Positions 50,926 to 62,542 of a stretch of 64,000 bases of DNA are shown here, piece by piece (positions within the stretch are counted from its first letter, which is position 1; each line of letters starts with the position of its first letter). The position numbers were made by a program, and so were the translations under genes. Below the pieces are notes generated by a model. That model ran no database searches and was not told the origin of the DNA. It saw only the letters and a list, made by a program, of their open reading frames with translations. Source of the DNA: Podarcis filfolensis (Eukaryota); assembly GCA_964270895.1 (NCBI GenBank), contig OZ185453.1; one strand, 5' to 3'.

Positions 50926-53462
50926 CTGGAAGTTAAACAATGATAGTGTGTTTTATTGTGCCATGGAAAACCAAGGCCTCTTATGACAGTCCAACCAGGC
51001 TCATAATGGCACTCTCTGCTTTTGCTGCAGTCAATCCTCCAGTGGGAGGCTGCTTCATCCCTCCTTCCCTTCCACAGCAGGAGCAGGAAGAGGAGAAGGA
51101 GTTGTGCCGCGCTCAGTTCTGCACTTTTGGAACATTGAGGGGCCCATGGATGTAGCCAGGATTTTTGTTAGGGGGACAGAACCTCAGTTAGTTAAGCATT
51201 TTTATTGATTTAGGGGGGCAGGGAAGCTGCCCTTACTGTAACAACTTCATGATGAGTACAGGAAACTTTTTTTCTAGAAGAAAAGCACTGCTAGAAGAAA
51301 ACTGCTGGCTTTTTTGAAAATGCAAAACCCACAGGCCTAACACTGATTAATTTTATACTAAAGGCACGGGAACTAGTTACATATCTTGTCCCCAAATACT
51401 TCAGCCAAATGGAGGTATTGGGGATTACCTGTAATCAAACACTACACAAACAAATATGCAGAAAAACAAGGGTGCAAATTCCCTGTCAGTAAAATTATAT
51501 GCCTGTAAAAACAGTGATATGGAGCTGTTATCCTGTTTTGTCCACTCCGTCCAAGGTTATTGAGTATTTTTAGCAGTAATGAAGATTGATAACAATTAAT
51601 TTAAAAAAACCACTATATGCTACTGTGCCACAAAGTTTACTGCAACCCTTATGGGTGGCAGAGAAAAACCATAAAATCAATCTTGCATTCTGTGAAAGCA
51701 GCACTTCCAAATGCAGCCACTGTAGCAATGTGTAGCAGCCAGGGACTCCTCAGTCCTTGGAGCCAAAGATATATGATCCCGTTCTGTGGCCAAATCGCTA
51801 TGCTGGGGGAAAGCCAGGTGGAAAGTACTTAAATTATCTAAGCTGCAGAAGAAAAGAGCAACTTTTGAAAGGGAAGAATCAAATTACATAGGGAATGAGA
51901 GGCTAAGGAAGGACAGATGTGAAGTCCAAGAAGCTTTGGGCATTTCCTGTCATGTGATATAGCATTTGAAAAGTATGAGGGTTTTCCTTCTCCTTTTCTT
52001 CGCCATTTGCAAGATTGAAATCCTAGGCATACCATCTTGGATGCAGATGCAATTGAAATAAATGGGATTTACTTCTGAGAAAGCATGAATAGGATTGCAC
52101 TGTAGGGCCTGGCCTCAAGCAAGAACACTGGAGCATTGTGGAACAAGCTGTATGAGGCAGAAGTAGGAGGGTGTTGCTTTAGCTTCAAGCACACACCTTT
52201 CCTCTTGCTTTTATTATAATGTCACCGGTGTATGCTTTACAAGAGTGATAAGCAAAAGGCAACTCCATGTTTTGAGAAATGTACTATCTGAATTCCATGA
52301 ATGGGGAAGAAAACAAGAGCAGAGGAGAAAAGAGAGGCAAGAGCAACAAGGCAACAGTACATAGACATTTGCTTTTGCCAAAAACAAACACACAGATGTG
52401 ATCACGATACATTTCTTCACATATCCTCCGTAAAATTGCCACGTGATACAGCTTCACGTATCCTCCGTAAAATTGCCACGTGATACAGCTTCATCAGTTT
52501 CCCTGTGGATTCGTAGTCTGGAGAAGTTGGATATCTGATCCAACCAGACTGCCAGCCCACCAACCTATTCCTTATGTCTTCCAGAGAACAAACAGACGAC
52601 AAAGGTCCGTATAGTTAAAGCTATGGTTTTCCAAGGGGTACCAACTGCAGAGTCACTGCCACCGTACCCGGAAGCTCCCCGTTTTGAAACTTTGTACTGC
52701 CTGGTGCTCTCAGGAAACCACCGGCAGGAGTGGGAGTCTACTGCCTGCCTTGGTGAAGCTGAGGTTGTGACAGACCCAACAGCTCTCCTCTCCACTGATG
52801 GGAGACTGGTGTAGAGGCAAATATCCTATAGCCCATCCCAGTGAACAGTGCTGGGGGGTTAACATGGCACTGTAAGTAGACACAACATATCACATCCAGA
52901 TTCAAGGGAGGAGAGGAAGGATGGGCCTTAGGGATCCCTGTCATATAAGAATGCATGTTCCCTGCAATAATAAAATATCGAAGCATTTTATTAGATGCCT
53001 TGTTTTCAAAACTCTTTTTTAAAAAGCCATTGTCATTCCCCCAAATATTTAAAGGACAACTACGTAATATTTCTCTTTTTATAAGATAATTTGTAAACTC
53101 CTTAGAGGTTTTCTTACGATCTAGTAGCCTACAAATTTAACAGTTCATAAATTTAAGAAACAAACAAATTCTAAACGATGCTTTGCTGACATCTTAAGAC
53201 AGTGACACAACAGATAATTGGTTGGCCTTAGAGGTTCACTGCATTCTCCCAGCAGAATCTCAAGAGCCTTTTCATTACATTCAGCTCTGGTTTATATTAT
53301 TATATTATGCTAAGATCAGAAGCTTCTCAAGAGTAGCTTTTGGGGCATATTGATTCTTAGCATAATAAGGCTGCCCTTCCACAGCACTGGCTTCTAAATA
53401 CAAGCACAGCAAATCACTAACATCAATATTTATGCCAGCCAAGGAAAAAAATATGGTTATAC

Positions 53463-53590
53463 CCTTAACAGAATGAGAAGACGGTTGAAACGATCCACTT
53501 CTTGACCAAGGACTGTAGTCAGAGAGTCCAGCCGCCCTTTGTCATCCTTGACAAAAAGGGCTTCAGCAGCCACGTCCATGTCAAGTTTTT
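53463..53590 (-). CDS. DNAH6: DNAH6 coding exon (absent from the ORF track)
   Basis: Acceptor tttgtgttgcAG; donor AGG|GTATAA. The 128 bp encode (E)[42 protein letters not shown]. Confidence 0.92.
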
Positions 53591-56500
53591 CTGCAACACA
53601 AATGCTGATTTAATCTCTGAACAAAGCTTGTCCATGTCATTACCATCCATTTAGAACATACAGCCATCGTCAGGATTTTAAAAAAATATTTTTTTAAAAA
53701 AAATATTAAGGGCCTTATTGTCTACTAAGTAAGAATTTGGGGGCTAGCAAGCAACATGAAAAATTCCCTCTGACCCACTTTCATACATGGTTTAAAAAAA
53801 CGGCACAAGCCCAACAGGCCCAGTGGTCTCTTACACTCTTGACAGCAACAGAAGCATTTGGCAGAGCCATTTCTGCACCTGTTGTTAGGATTAAGGATGT
53901 ACCTTGAACCAGGGGTCTAACCTCCGTAAATTCATTCCGCTCGCCACAACTTCTCTCATCCTGCTCATAGGGGTGTGTGTGTGAGAGAGAGATGAGATGA
54001 AATGCAACAGAGGGTAAGTCTGCATGGATGGCAACCAGCCTTTCTAGTCCCACTGGGCAATGGCTGGGTTCTCTCTGGCCACCCCTCTGCTCAATGTCTC
54101 TGTCTCCCCTTCAACTCCATGTTGCGTGGACCAGAATGGCCAACCTCACAAGGGAAGTAGATTTCATTGTTCACAGCAGTGATTCAATTGAAGCCCTTTG
54201 TTTCAATAAAAAGCTGGTTAGAGCAATGATTGCAAGTTCAATCACTGTATGGGACAGCTGCATATTCCTGCATTGTAAGGGGCTGGATGATCCTCAGGGT
54301 CCCTTACAACTCTATGAGTCTATGATAAAGGGAAACGACGAGTGTATGTGCTGAAGACAAGACACCACAAACAAACTTATCTAACTACCGGTAATCTTGC
54401 CATGTTTGATAAACTGGCAGGCGTCATACACTTGACATTTACAGATTATACATGAGGGAAAGCAACCTTGAGTTCCAAAACAGCTGACAGCTTTCCAGGG
54501 AATGGGATTTATCAATCCTATGCCCTTGGCGAAGGGAGGTGGTGCTGGTAGGAAGGTTAGCAAACCAAACAGTTCTCAGGAGGCGGAAACACAATTTTTG
54601 CTTCTAACATATAAAAGATGATCTCCCATGGCCAGGCGGGACTGCCTCTAGAATAGTTGCTATGTAAGAAGGGAAAAGCAAGCCTGATATGAGAAGCATG
54701 TGTGCCCTCCTGAAACCTTGAGAAGAGCAACTGAAGACCACAAACAACTTCTGCTGCTGGGATATGTGACATTTTATAACACTGGTTCCTCAATCAAGGT
54801 TATTTGCTCCAGGCTAATAGAATCTGGAGCTATCCCTGTAAAGAGGTCTGAGCTAGTTGCTCCAGACTCAGACCACATGGCTCTTACAAGCCATTCTTGT
54901 ATTCATAAACCAATAATTTAGGAACTTTCAACACTGAAACTATGTCAACTTTTACTGCCTGTGCAATTTTTTCTGAATGTTGTATGGAGAAATCACATGA
55001 ATTTGACGTTTTAACTTCCCAAACGTGTGGTCTTTTTCTATGCTGAGCAAGAGGGGAAATTTGGAAGAAACTTAGATGGGTATCTTTTAAAGGTCTAATG
55101 GCCTATATTTCCAAGCTTTACTTTGCTGCATATTTTGTGATTTTAAATCTCTGCTGCGGTTCTCTCACCAAAGTGTACTTGGCATCCACAGAATTCTTCT
55201 TTTATATTTATTTTCTTTCTTTCCTTCATTCCAACAGAGAATACATCTCACTGAACTACATCTAAGAAAACACACATAGGATTGTACTGCAGGGCTCTCC
55301 AGGTTTGTGGAAAATAGCATTCTTCATTTCTGGTCTGAACTAGCTCAAGACAGTTATAGCTGTCAGAATGGTTGACAGATTACTTAGTAGGGCTGGCAAC
55401 CAATTAAACATTTTCCTTCCTTAATTAACTCTTTTGCTTTGAGTAATTGCTTGATTAATTAAGTAGATATTGTGTGGGTATTTATTTAAAACAACAGCTT
55501 GTCTCAACTAAACAAGAGAGATATAGCATTCTTCACCACATGACCTGCCTCAGAAAAGATGAATATAAAATGTCCGCAAGAATGCTACCTGCACCGCATG
55601 CTGCTCCAATTAAAATAAGAGTTTTAAATCGGTGAATAATAAAATAATTATGTTAAAGCTGTCTGTTGTTGTTGTTGAAAAGCTGTTTTCATAGTCAGTG
55701 CTGGGCAGCATAGCCAACCAAGCCAAGCCATTTCAAGATAAGTTTGTTGTTGTTTTGGCAGAGTGCTGGATCTTACTTGTGTGTTTATCAGATATTTCTC
55801 AATTATTAGAGGGCAGCCAGGACATTGGAAGTGATTTCCTACAAATATTTTCTGAAAAGCAAAAGAGGTGAAGAGGCAGCGGAGGAGCAAGCTGATCGGG
55901 CGCCTGGGACAACACGCGTGCCCTGCACCCAGGAGTGGGGCGAGTCAGGGCAGGACGCTCTGTGGGGCCTCCGAGGAGTCTGCCTGCCTCCTCCCACTCT
56001 GCCACCCTACAGCTGAGGGGGAGGCGGCGGGTGGACCGTTTGGGGCAGCTCAGAGCCTGCAGGTGCCCAAGCCACCACATCACTCCCAGGAGAGAGATGT
56101 GGCTCAGGTGCACTGCAGGCCCTGCGGTGAGTGCCATCCGGCATTTTGTCAACCTCCTCAGTGGTGACACCCTGGGTGGATCGCCTCCACTGCACCCCCT
56201 TCCTCCGCCCCTGTCAAGAGGGTACAGAACAAGGCTTCAGGCAGATTCTGCCCCTCATATTGCTGATCTTCTTCAGAACAGAAAAGCACACCTAAGTTTT
56301 CATTGGAAGTGGAAGCACACTGTTCTCAAAACAACAACTACAACCCTACATAGAACTTTGCAAGGTACCAGCATGCAGATAGTTGCTGGCATCCTTCTCT
56401 CTCTCGGCAATGGAAAAGTGCGCCATTAGGGGGTAAAGTCAAATTGCTGGGAACAGCGCCTGCTGTGGCATGGGCATCTACTGGCTAGTGTATGCGACTT

Positions 56501-57530
56501 TTAATGCCTATATTCTGTTTTCTAACCCTCAGAAGTTCTCAATGTGGCTTACAAAAAGTTTTTTTTAAATAGAATAAAAGAGCACACATTCAAGTGTGGT
56601 GTCAGGAACAGAAATAACATGGTGTTCGTATGGTGCCATGGTCATTCAGGTGGTATTTCCTGCCCTCATCCCTGGGTCTTGATTACGGTTAACCTTCAGC
56701 CTTCACCTGTGACCTCTGAGGTGAGGGAATGGATTCAAGCAGCTGGAACTTGCTTGGCCTATGATGGAGGCAAATCTTCCCTTGCTAACATTATAGTCAT
56801 ATCTCTCTTCACAAATTCTTAAGAAGTTTTTTTCAGTTGTTGTAGAAACATCTGCGAATCTTCTAGGCATCTCTTGGCTGAGAAACTTTCATATATGTAT
56901 GTGTATGAGACAAAAGTTGGAAACCTAGGCCTACTCTATGGGAGATAAACCTGCTGGAGGAAGAACTGGCAAAACTTGGATTCAACAGCAGACTCAGCTG
57001 CTTCTAAAGTTGATCATGAGTGGGCCCCTCCGGGAGCGATGGGACGTGGTGGCATTCTGTTGCTCCCAGAGGGAATTGTAGGGGAAAGACATGTAGAACT
57101 TGGATGGACCAATTCTCAATGAGTCTGTCCATCCCTGTGACCACAGATCAACATGTTGGCATTTTTTCCAAACAAATCCCACTCTCCCTACTTGCTGCTT
57201 CTCTCTTATCCACCAAATATTTCTTATTCTCTTAAAAATCCTAAACTACGCCTCCCCCGCTACAATCCATCTCAGGTTGGGGCATGACCTGTATTAATGT
57301 ATGTGGAACTAAGTAAGAGAGTTAGGCCAGCAGTCAGGGAGAGCAACTTAGTGACACAGAGAGAAGGCATAGGTTTTCAGCTATGAGAATTAACACCGCT
57401 TGTAGCATGATCTATCTCTTAAAGATCAATGGCATAATTCCAGCGATCGGCTGTTTCCTAAATCAGGGAATTAAGTGGGGGAAACTACATCAGCAGTCAT
57501 ATTAGAAAAGAAAGTTAGTGCTTTCCATAC

Positions 57531-57660
57531 CAGGAATTTTAGCCAGGATTGAGGTAGCAAGCTCCTCAACAATCTCATCATTGCTTTTTCCTGTTCCTTG
57601 GGCAGTTGATCGTGGCTGTACATCAAGTATTGTAGTGATGAGGGTATTTGTCTCTTTGCG
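57531..57660 (-). CDS. DNAH6: DNAH6 coding exon
   Basis: Acceptor cttctttattacAG; donor G|GTATGG. The 130 bp encode [43 protein letters not shown](E). Confidence 0.92.
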
Positions 57661-58696
57661 CTGTAATAAAGAAGCGATACATTCTAATTTGCACCTCAAT
57701 TTTTAGGGTGTCTATGTTCAAAATAAATTATTTGATTTCCATAAGAAACATTTACGTTTATAAATCTATCTACCCATTTAATTCCTTCTTCATGCTCAAA
57801 AGATAAAACATGGCCACACATGGTTGCATATGAAACTCATCATAAAGTAGAAGTTTTACATTTTGTTCCCTTCAAAGTTTGCCACTTATAAAAGTGCATC
57901 TATCGTACATTCTTGAATCTTGACACCCATTTCCATTATTGATTCAATATAAGAATTTAAATCCTTCAATATCTATAAAGTTAACAATAACTTTTAGTAC
58001 TTTCGTTTGAAAAAGCAGGCAATTGCTCCTACTTATTTGTAACTTAGTCCACTAAACTTTGTAGAATGCGTTATCAAATGTAGCTATAATAATAACAGAG
58101 AAAAGTTAACATTTAATGATTTTTGATAATTATCTTGCTAGCAGAAGATATAAAATCCTTTCTCTAGACTGTGAGTTTTATGGATGGGTTCTTCTTGGAG
58201 GGGGGTAATACCATCTCCCACTTCTTATAGCACTGAATCTTAAACACTGCTTCATTAGTCTAGTTTATAATGAACGATACACCATAAGCAAAATGTAATA
58301 AATACATTTTTAAAAACCCAGTCCTGATTTAAAAAGAATATTGTTTTTCATATCTGCTTCTTGGGGGGGGCATGATTTGAACTTCATATGCAAGTTATAA
58401 TTTGTTATGGCAATATTTAAAATAGGTACTGCTGAAATGTTTATTCAATGTAACTTCTGTCTCACTGAGTCACTGTTGAGGTGACTGTGTTGGCTATTAA
58501 CCACCATTAACATTCATTGTTTTAACTGCTGACCTTTCTCTCACTGTTTTGCCCCCTTAAACAAACACTCACAGAAAGTGTAGCCATTGTCCTAATGTGA
58601 TTCTATTATATTTATTAATATAACCAAAAATAGGCTTGACTTTTATTTTGTGATTGTTAAAATGTGAGTCTGACACATATCTTTCTGCAATAACAT

Positions 58697-59052
58697 TAAA
58701 GGTAAAGGGTAAAGGGACCCCTGTCTATTAGCTCCAGTCGTGACCGACTCTGGGGTTGTGGTGCTCATCTCGCTTTATTGGCCGAGGGAGCCGGCGTACA
58801 GCTTCCAGGTCATGTGGCCAGCATGACTAAGCCACTTCTGGTGAACCAGAGCAGCGCAGGGAAACGCCGTTTACCTTCCCGCTGGAGCGGTACCTATTTA
58901 TCTACTTGCACTTTGTACTTTCAAACTGCTAGGTTGGCAGGAGCTGGGACCGAACAACGGGAGCTCACCCTGTCGCAGGGATTCAAACTGCCGACCTTCT
59001 GATTGGCAAGTCCTAGGCTCTGTGGTTTAACCCACAGCGCCACCCACGTCCC
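58697..59052 (-). mobile_element. Sauria SINE, full length (short-core subfamily)
   Basis: Reverse complement of the consensus, closely similar to the copy at 2057-2413. Confidence 0.9.
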
Positions 59053-60140
59053 TGCCCTGAGACCTTAGGGTGAGGAGTGGATGATAAATAAATAAAATTA
59101 TAGTAAAGATTTATTTTTCTGTCATCCTGATTATGCTTATTATTTTTCATTATTAATCCATCCAAAACCACATTTTAAAATTTGTTTTTTTTTCTGGGCA
59201 AAGTATGCGGAGAAATCATAAGCACACCCTGCATGCAAGGCATGGCTTGAAAAAAACGAACTGAGTTTTTTTGGGGTATGGTGGATTAGTCGGGGAGTCA
59301 TGAACACACCTGTACCCTGAAATATGTTCCATTCTAGAACTAAGTGGTGTATTTGGCAGGTGGGTGCGGAAATACAGAGCCCACCCCGCCCTGTCAGCAT
59401 CCCTATAAATTCATTTTACTTCCTTGACCATCACCATTCTTTTCCCAGCAGTTCACCCTCAAAATGAATTCAATTTACACTTCTGGGTGGGATTTCCCTT
59501 CATCCACACTCATTTTTATGTATAAATTCAGCTAATGTTTATTTTTCCAAACCACCCTACTAAATTCTCATTGCCTTAAGTCGTTCCTCCTGCAATTTGT
59601 TACAATTCAAGCAGTATCACTAAGGGGTGTGTGTAGGAATCCTGCCTCCACTGGAGCCTCCACTTTCAGTGGCAGTCAATCCTTCTGCTTAGAACAGCAG
59701 GATAACTGACGGCAATGAATTCACAATGCATCATCTGTAAGCTCAAATCTGAGGTGGGAGGTGGTGGTATTGACTGGAGTACATTTTCTTTAATCGCCCT
59801 TTAATTTTATTTGACCCATGCAAAGTGTTCTCTCCCCGAGACACAGCGCTGCACAACAGCATTTCCATTTGCCTTGACTGAAAAGAAATATACAGAGGAT
59901 ATGTCGTGTCACGACAGAGTCACACAACTATAACAATGTGTCCTCTCTGCTTTGGTTTGGAGGGGGGCAGGTGACTCCAGCAGTGCTTTCCAGTGCACTG
60001 AAGGCAGCAGCTTACACAGCTAAACAAAGAACGCCACACAGACAACTGCATTTGCAAATGCAATGCTCTTTGCAAACTTCCCTGATGGCCCTATTCAATT
60101 TGATGCATCTAATGCCAGCATGTGCCTAGGTCATCCCATA

Positions 60141-60371
60141 CAGTGGTACCTCGGGTTACAAACACTTCGGGTTACAGACGCTTCAGGTTACAGACTCCGC
60201 TAACCCGGAAGTAGTACCTCGGGTTAAGAACTTTACTTCAGGATGAGAACAGAAATGGCGTGGGGGCGGTGGGAGGCCCCATTAGCTAAAGTGGTACCTC
60301 AGGTTAAGAACAGTTTCAGGTTAAGAACAGACCTCCGGAATGAATTATGTTCTTAACCAGAAGTACCACTG
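60141..60371 (-). mobile_element. Tc1/mariner-type MITE (about 225-bp family, reverse orientation)
   Basis: Same TIRs; body is the reverse complement of 11154-11379; TA TSD. Confidence 0.85.
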
Positions 60372-60924
60372 TATTATCACATTTATAGTAACTGTTTTCG
60401 CCTGCCATTTGGAGAGCCACCCCTTTGCTTGACAATATCAGTTGTTAATATGCTAGCTACCTGACAAGAAAAAAATGACAAAGAACAGTAAGTGGTGTGT
60501 GTGCCCATCACCTTCTCATCCTCACTTGAGCAGACAGACAGTAAGCCAGATCTGAACTAGTCATAAAGAACGTAAAAATAGCATTACTTTCCATAAAGAA
60601 CTGGATCGGATAGCTAAGTGAGAATTCAAGTGAAATGGTACAGGTGATGAGTCTGTCAAATCGTAATCTGAACCAGCATCAATAATCAAATTACATCTCT
60701 AATTGTTACTAACATACTTCTTTTCCAATGAAAAGCCATGCTTCAATAAGTGGCTACATTTGCAAGTCGCACTAAACCATAGTGTAGTATGGTGGGAACC
60801 TCAGGTGTGTGTACCCTTTCTCCCATCTTGCTTGGCTAGGAAGACCTTTCATCTTTCAGTTTTGCTTAACCATAGTTTGTCGGTTTGTCTGAATCAACAA
60901 AGTGTGGTTAACATTATATATACA

Positions 60925-61266
60925 CTGTACTTTTCCATGTATAAGACGCCACCATGTATAAGGTGACCCCTATTTTTTGAACCCAAAATTAAGAAATCAA
61001 TATTTTAAACATCAAACAGAACAACTTTGATATTTTATTAAATATTCAAAGCACCAGAACTGGCATTGCTGAGCTTTTTTTTGTTTTGCTTTTGTTTTTT
61101 TCCTCTGACGCCTGGCAGCTTCTTCACGTCAGCCGCGGGAACGTAAATAGTGTTTTTTAAAAATATACCCCTGTTCATTCACCATCCGTGTATAAGAAGA
61201 CCCCCAATTTTGGACTTTTTTTTTTAAAAAAAAAGAACACACCGTCTTATACACTGAAAAATATGG
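60925..61266. mobile_element. TA-flanked non-autonomous DNA transposon nested in an older repeat
   Basis: Imperfect TIRs ctgtacttttccatgtataagac...gtcttatacactgaaaaatatgg; TA on both sides. Confidence 0.65.
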
Positions 61267-62014
61267 TAGTTTGTTTAAAACAAGCCAACTTGTTAGACAG
61301 CATTAAGTCACAGTTCCCCAGATCAGATGTTAATAGACGCGCAGATCTCTTTACCAACTATGATGCGCAATCAGAATAAGGATGTGTGTGAAGGAATATC
61401 ACGCAGCCATGATGAACACAGAGTTCAGGAATCATGGTTTATGAAGGAGTGCACAAATGTCCAAATGTGCCCCATCAGGCACAGAAATGCAGTTTGGATG
61501 TCAATTGGGGGTTTCTGTGCAATTTTAACTGAATATTAATAATCCCCCACTTGGCTTAAATAAATCTAATCTCCACTGAGAATGCTAACTACACATGCAC
61601 ATTAAGATGACCTTCAGTAAATATTTTTTTTAAAAAATTGCTTCAGAATTGTTTAAGGAAACTGCATAGCATAAATATATTAAATCTGAATGAACTGGTT
61701 GTCGTCGTAACTTTAAAGCTGTTCTTCCTCTCATTAGAGTTTTAAAGCCCATTAGATCATAAATTGTTACAGATACTATTGATGTTAATGAAAGGCAGCT
61801 TTTGAATAAATCATAACATGATTTTAAAACAAAACAAAAGCCACTACTTGTGGGGAAGAAGCAGCCATGTGTGGACGGACTGCTTAGCAATCACTGCTTG
61901 TTATTTCTCTTCAACCAACTGCAACCATTAAAGCAAACTCTCCTTTAACGTTAAGGAGTATAACTCATTTATCTTAATTACCTTGGAGCACATATCTTAA
62001 ATATATTCACAAAC

Positions 62015-62136
62015 CTGGAAAGCTAAATTGGCATTTTCATGCATTCCAAATATTTCTGGGTCATCAATCAAAGGAAGGTTTTCAATGTAGTCTTTAAAAT
62101 CTTGCAGACTGTCAGCCACTGGGGCAAAATATATAC
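62015..62136 (-). CDS. DNAH6: DNAH6 coding exon (most 5' exon found in the window; absent from the ORF track)
   Basis: Acceptor tttctatacaatAG (ct at 62137-62138); donor CAG|GTTTGT. The 122 bp encode (G)[40 protein letters not shown], with the conserved PEIFG.H.NA motif. All eight exons join in frame. Confidence 0.93.
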
Positions 62137-62174
62137 CTATTGTATAGAAAGGCAAACACAGCAGAAAAAGGTTA

Positions 62175-62542
62175 AAGGTAAAGGTAAAGGTACCCCTGCC
62201 CGTACAGGCCAGGCTTGACAGACTCTAGGGTTGTGCGCTCATCTCACTCTAGAGGCCGGGAGCCAGCGCTGTCCGCAGACACTTCCGGGTCACGTGGCCA
62301 GCGTGACGAAGCTGCTCTGGCGAACCGGCACCAGCTCAGCACACGGAAACGCCGTTTACCTTCCCACTATAAAGCGGTACCTATTTATCTACTTGCACGT
62401 AAGGGTGCTTTCGAACTGCTAGGTGGGCAGGAGCTGGGACCGAAAGACGGAAGCTCACCCCGCCGTGGGGATTCGAACCGCCGACCATGCGATCGGCAAG
62501 TCCTAGGCACTGAGGTTTTACCCACAGCGCCACCCGCGTCCC
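62175..62542 (-). mobile_element. Sauria SINE, full length (subfamily B, young), in a DNAH6 intron next to a 3' splice site
   Basis: Consensus match; 13-bp TSD cagaaaaaggtta at 62162-62174 and 62544-62556. Confidence 0.92.
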
